Source: Acidiferrobacteraceae bacterium (lineage in GTDB: Bacteria; Pseudomonadota; Gammaproteobacteria; HyVt-429). From it: 54,301 bases of DNA. Numbering within the stretch: position 1 is the stretch's first letter; every line of letters begins with the position of its first letter. Under the pieces are notes generated by a model. The model had not been told where the DNA came from, did not search any database, and saw only the letters and a list, made by a program, of their open reading frames with translations. Below, in pieces: positions 53,475 through 54,301 of the stretch. The stretch lies in the NCBI GenBank assembly GCA_011052015.1, contig DRJZ01000149.1, positions 1 to 54,301 on the forward strand. Direction: 5' to 3'. A program made the position numbers and the translations under genes.

Positions 53475-54132
53475 GATACTCGTTGAAGACCAGTCAGGAA
53501 AGAAGGCACTTAACATGCTTGTTCCCAAAATTATCGATGATGAGCACACATTTCGTATCCATTCATACAAAGGGATTGGCCGAATCCCCAAGAATCTTGG
53601 AGATGAAGTTGATGTAAACAAACGTATTTTGCTTGATCGGCTTCCCAAATTACTAAGGGGGTATGGAAACACGTTTGTTGGCTACCCTGACGATTATCCC
53701 GCAGCTGTAATTTTGGTTTGTGATCTGGATGATAAATGTCTGAAAGAATTCCGCCAAGAATTATTTTCGATTTTGGGTGGATGCAACCCAAAACCTGAAA
53801 CACGATTTTGTGTCGCAATTGAAGAAGGTGAGGCCTGGTTTCTTGGTGATATTCCTGCAATTAAGGCAGCGTATCCGCATGCTAAGGATTCCGTGCTAAA
53901 TGGCTATGTCAATGATTCAGTTTGTGGTACTTGGGAGTATCTTGCTGACGCAATTTTCTCTGGTGGTTCACTAGCACTGTCCGCTAAAGGCTGGCAAGCG
54001 ACTGGATCGGAAAAATCTGTATGGTCTGAGAAAATAACACCGCATATGGATGTGGAAAATAATGCATCCACTAGCTTTTGCTACTTTCGTGAGAAGTTAC
54101 GCGAACTTGCTGACTCAATGACTATGGACTGA
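53464..54132 (+). CDS. DUF4276-like protein with Toprim-like acidic motifs
   Basis: 222 aa from the ATG at 53464, overlapping the ATPase gene by 11 nt. MHFEILVEDQSG (E8), VILVCDLDD (D87, D89), AIEEGEAWFLGD. The family call is from memory of the DUF4276 pattern. Confidence 0.7.
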   Translation: MHFEILVEDQSGKKALNMLVPKIIDDEHTFRIHSYKGIGRIPKNLGDEVDVNKRILLDRLPKLLRGYGNTFVGYPDDYPAAVILVCDLDDKCLKEFRQELFSILGGCNPKPETRFCVAIEEGEAWFLGDIPAIKAAYPHAKDSVLNGYVNDSVCGTWEYLADAIFSGGSLALSAKGWQATGSEKSVWSEKITPHMDVENNASTSFCYFREKLRELADSMTMD

Positions 54133-54167
54133 AAATCCATAGGTTGCTCCTCGGACTGAAAGTCCTC

Positions 54168-54301
54168 CTACTCAAGAATGATATTCCCTGTATCACCATT
54201 CGACGGGTCTCGATGATGTTCCAAATATTCTTGTACCATCTCATCTGTTATGTTTCCTGTCGACCAAGCACCATACCCTATCGCCCAAAAATGCCTGCCC
54301 C
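54168..54301 (-). mobile_element. tnpA: 3' end of an IS200/IS605-family (Y1, HUH) transposase gene tnpA, truncated by the window edge
   Basis: The minus-strand translation ends GRHFWAIGYGAWSTGNITDEMVQEYLEHHRDPSNGDTGNIILE*. It matches the conserved GRHFWARGY...VG...YI C-terminus of IS200-type TnpA. Confidence 0.7.

Overview
This 54.3-kb chromosomal segment has a typical gammaproteobacterial core layout. No rRNA, tRNA or CRISPR array was seen.

**Gene content, left to right**
- argG, then a large PAS-GGDEF-EAL signalling protein.
- A GT2 / DUF2064 / LpxL-family acyltransferase cluster.
- A long minus-strand run: def-fmt-rsmB-DUF4390-ntrY-ntrX-trkA-trkH.
- LysM-dprA-smg-topA.
- ponA divergent from pilMNOPQ-aroK-aroB, then a dGTPase-like gene and gltB-gltD-hemE. 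I remember the same order for the ponA/pil/aro/glt/hemE region of Pseudomonas aeruginosa.
- A ferredoxin-flavin reductase, then a divergent DUF2333 / dual-specificity phosphatase pair.
- An FGGY kinase - GDPD - short GlpD-like cluster, and a NodIJ-like ABC-2 exporter.

**Repeats.** Several intergenic gaps are filled by small palindromic MITE/REP-like elements. Their arms are built from three degenerate 8-nt units. The best copy has a perfect 24-bp terminal inverted repeat.

**The right-hand ~3 kb (about 51.3-54.3 kb) is different in character**
- It begins with a mosaic of REP-like hairpins, followed by a truncated orphan HicB-like antitoxin gene.
- Next is a visibly AT-rich two-gene operon. 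It encodes a split ABC-type (AAA_21-like) ATPase whose last 11 nt overlap the start of a DUF4276-like protein with Toprim-like acidic motifs.
- At the window edge is the 3' end of a convergent IS200/IS605-type TnpA gene.
- The ATPase + Toprim-like pair in a mobile, compositionally foreign islet is my best candidate for an uncharacterised system. It has OLD / PARIS / AbiL-like defence logic.

**Second oddity.** Just downstream of argG there is a 220-triplet stop-free frame (219 codons plus its stop). Its first 146 codons contain no start codon. It is exactly bracketed by ~80-90-nt imperfect direct repeats.

All functional calls rest on motif and family recognition by eye. No database search was possible.
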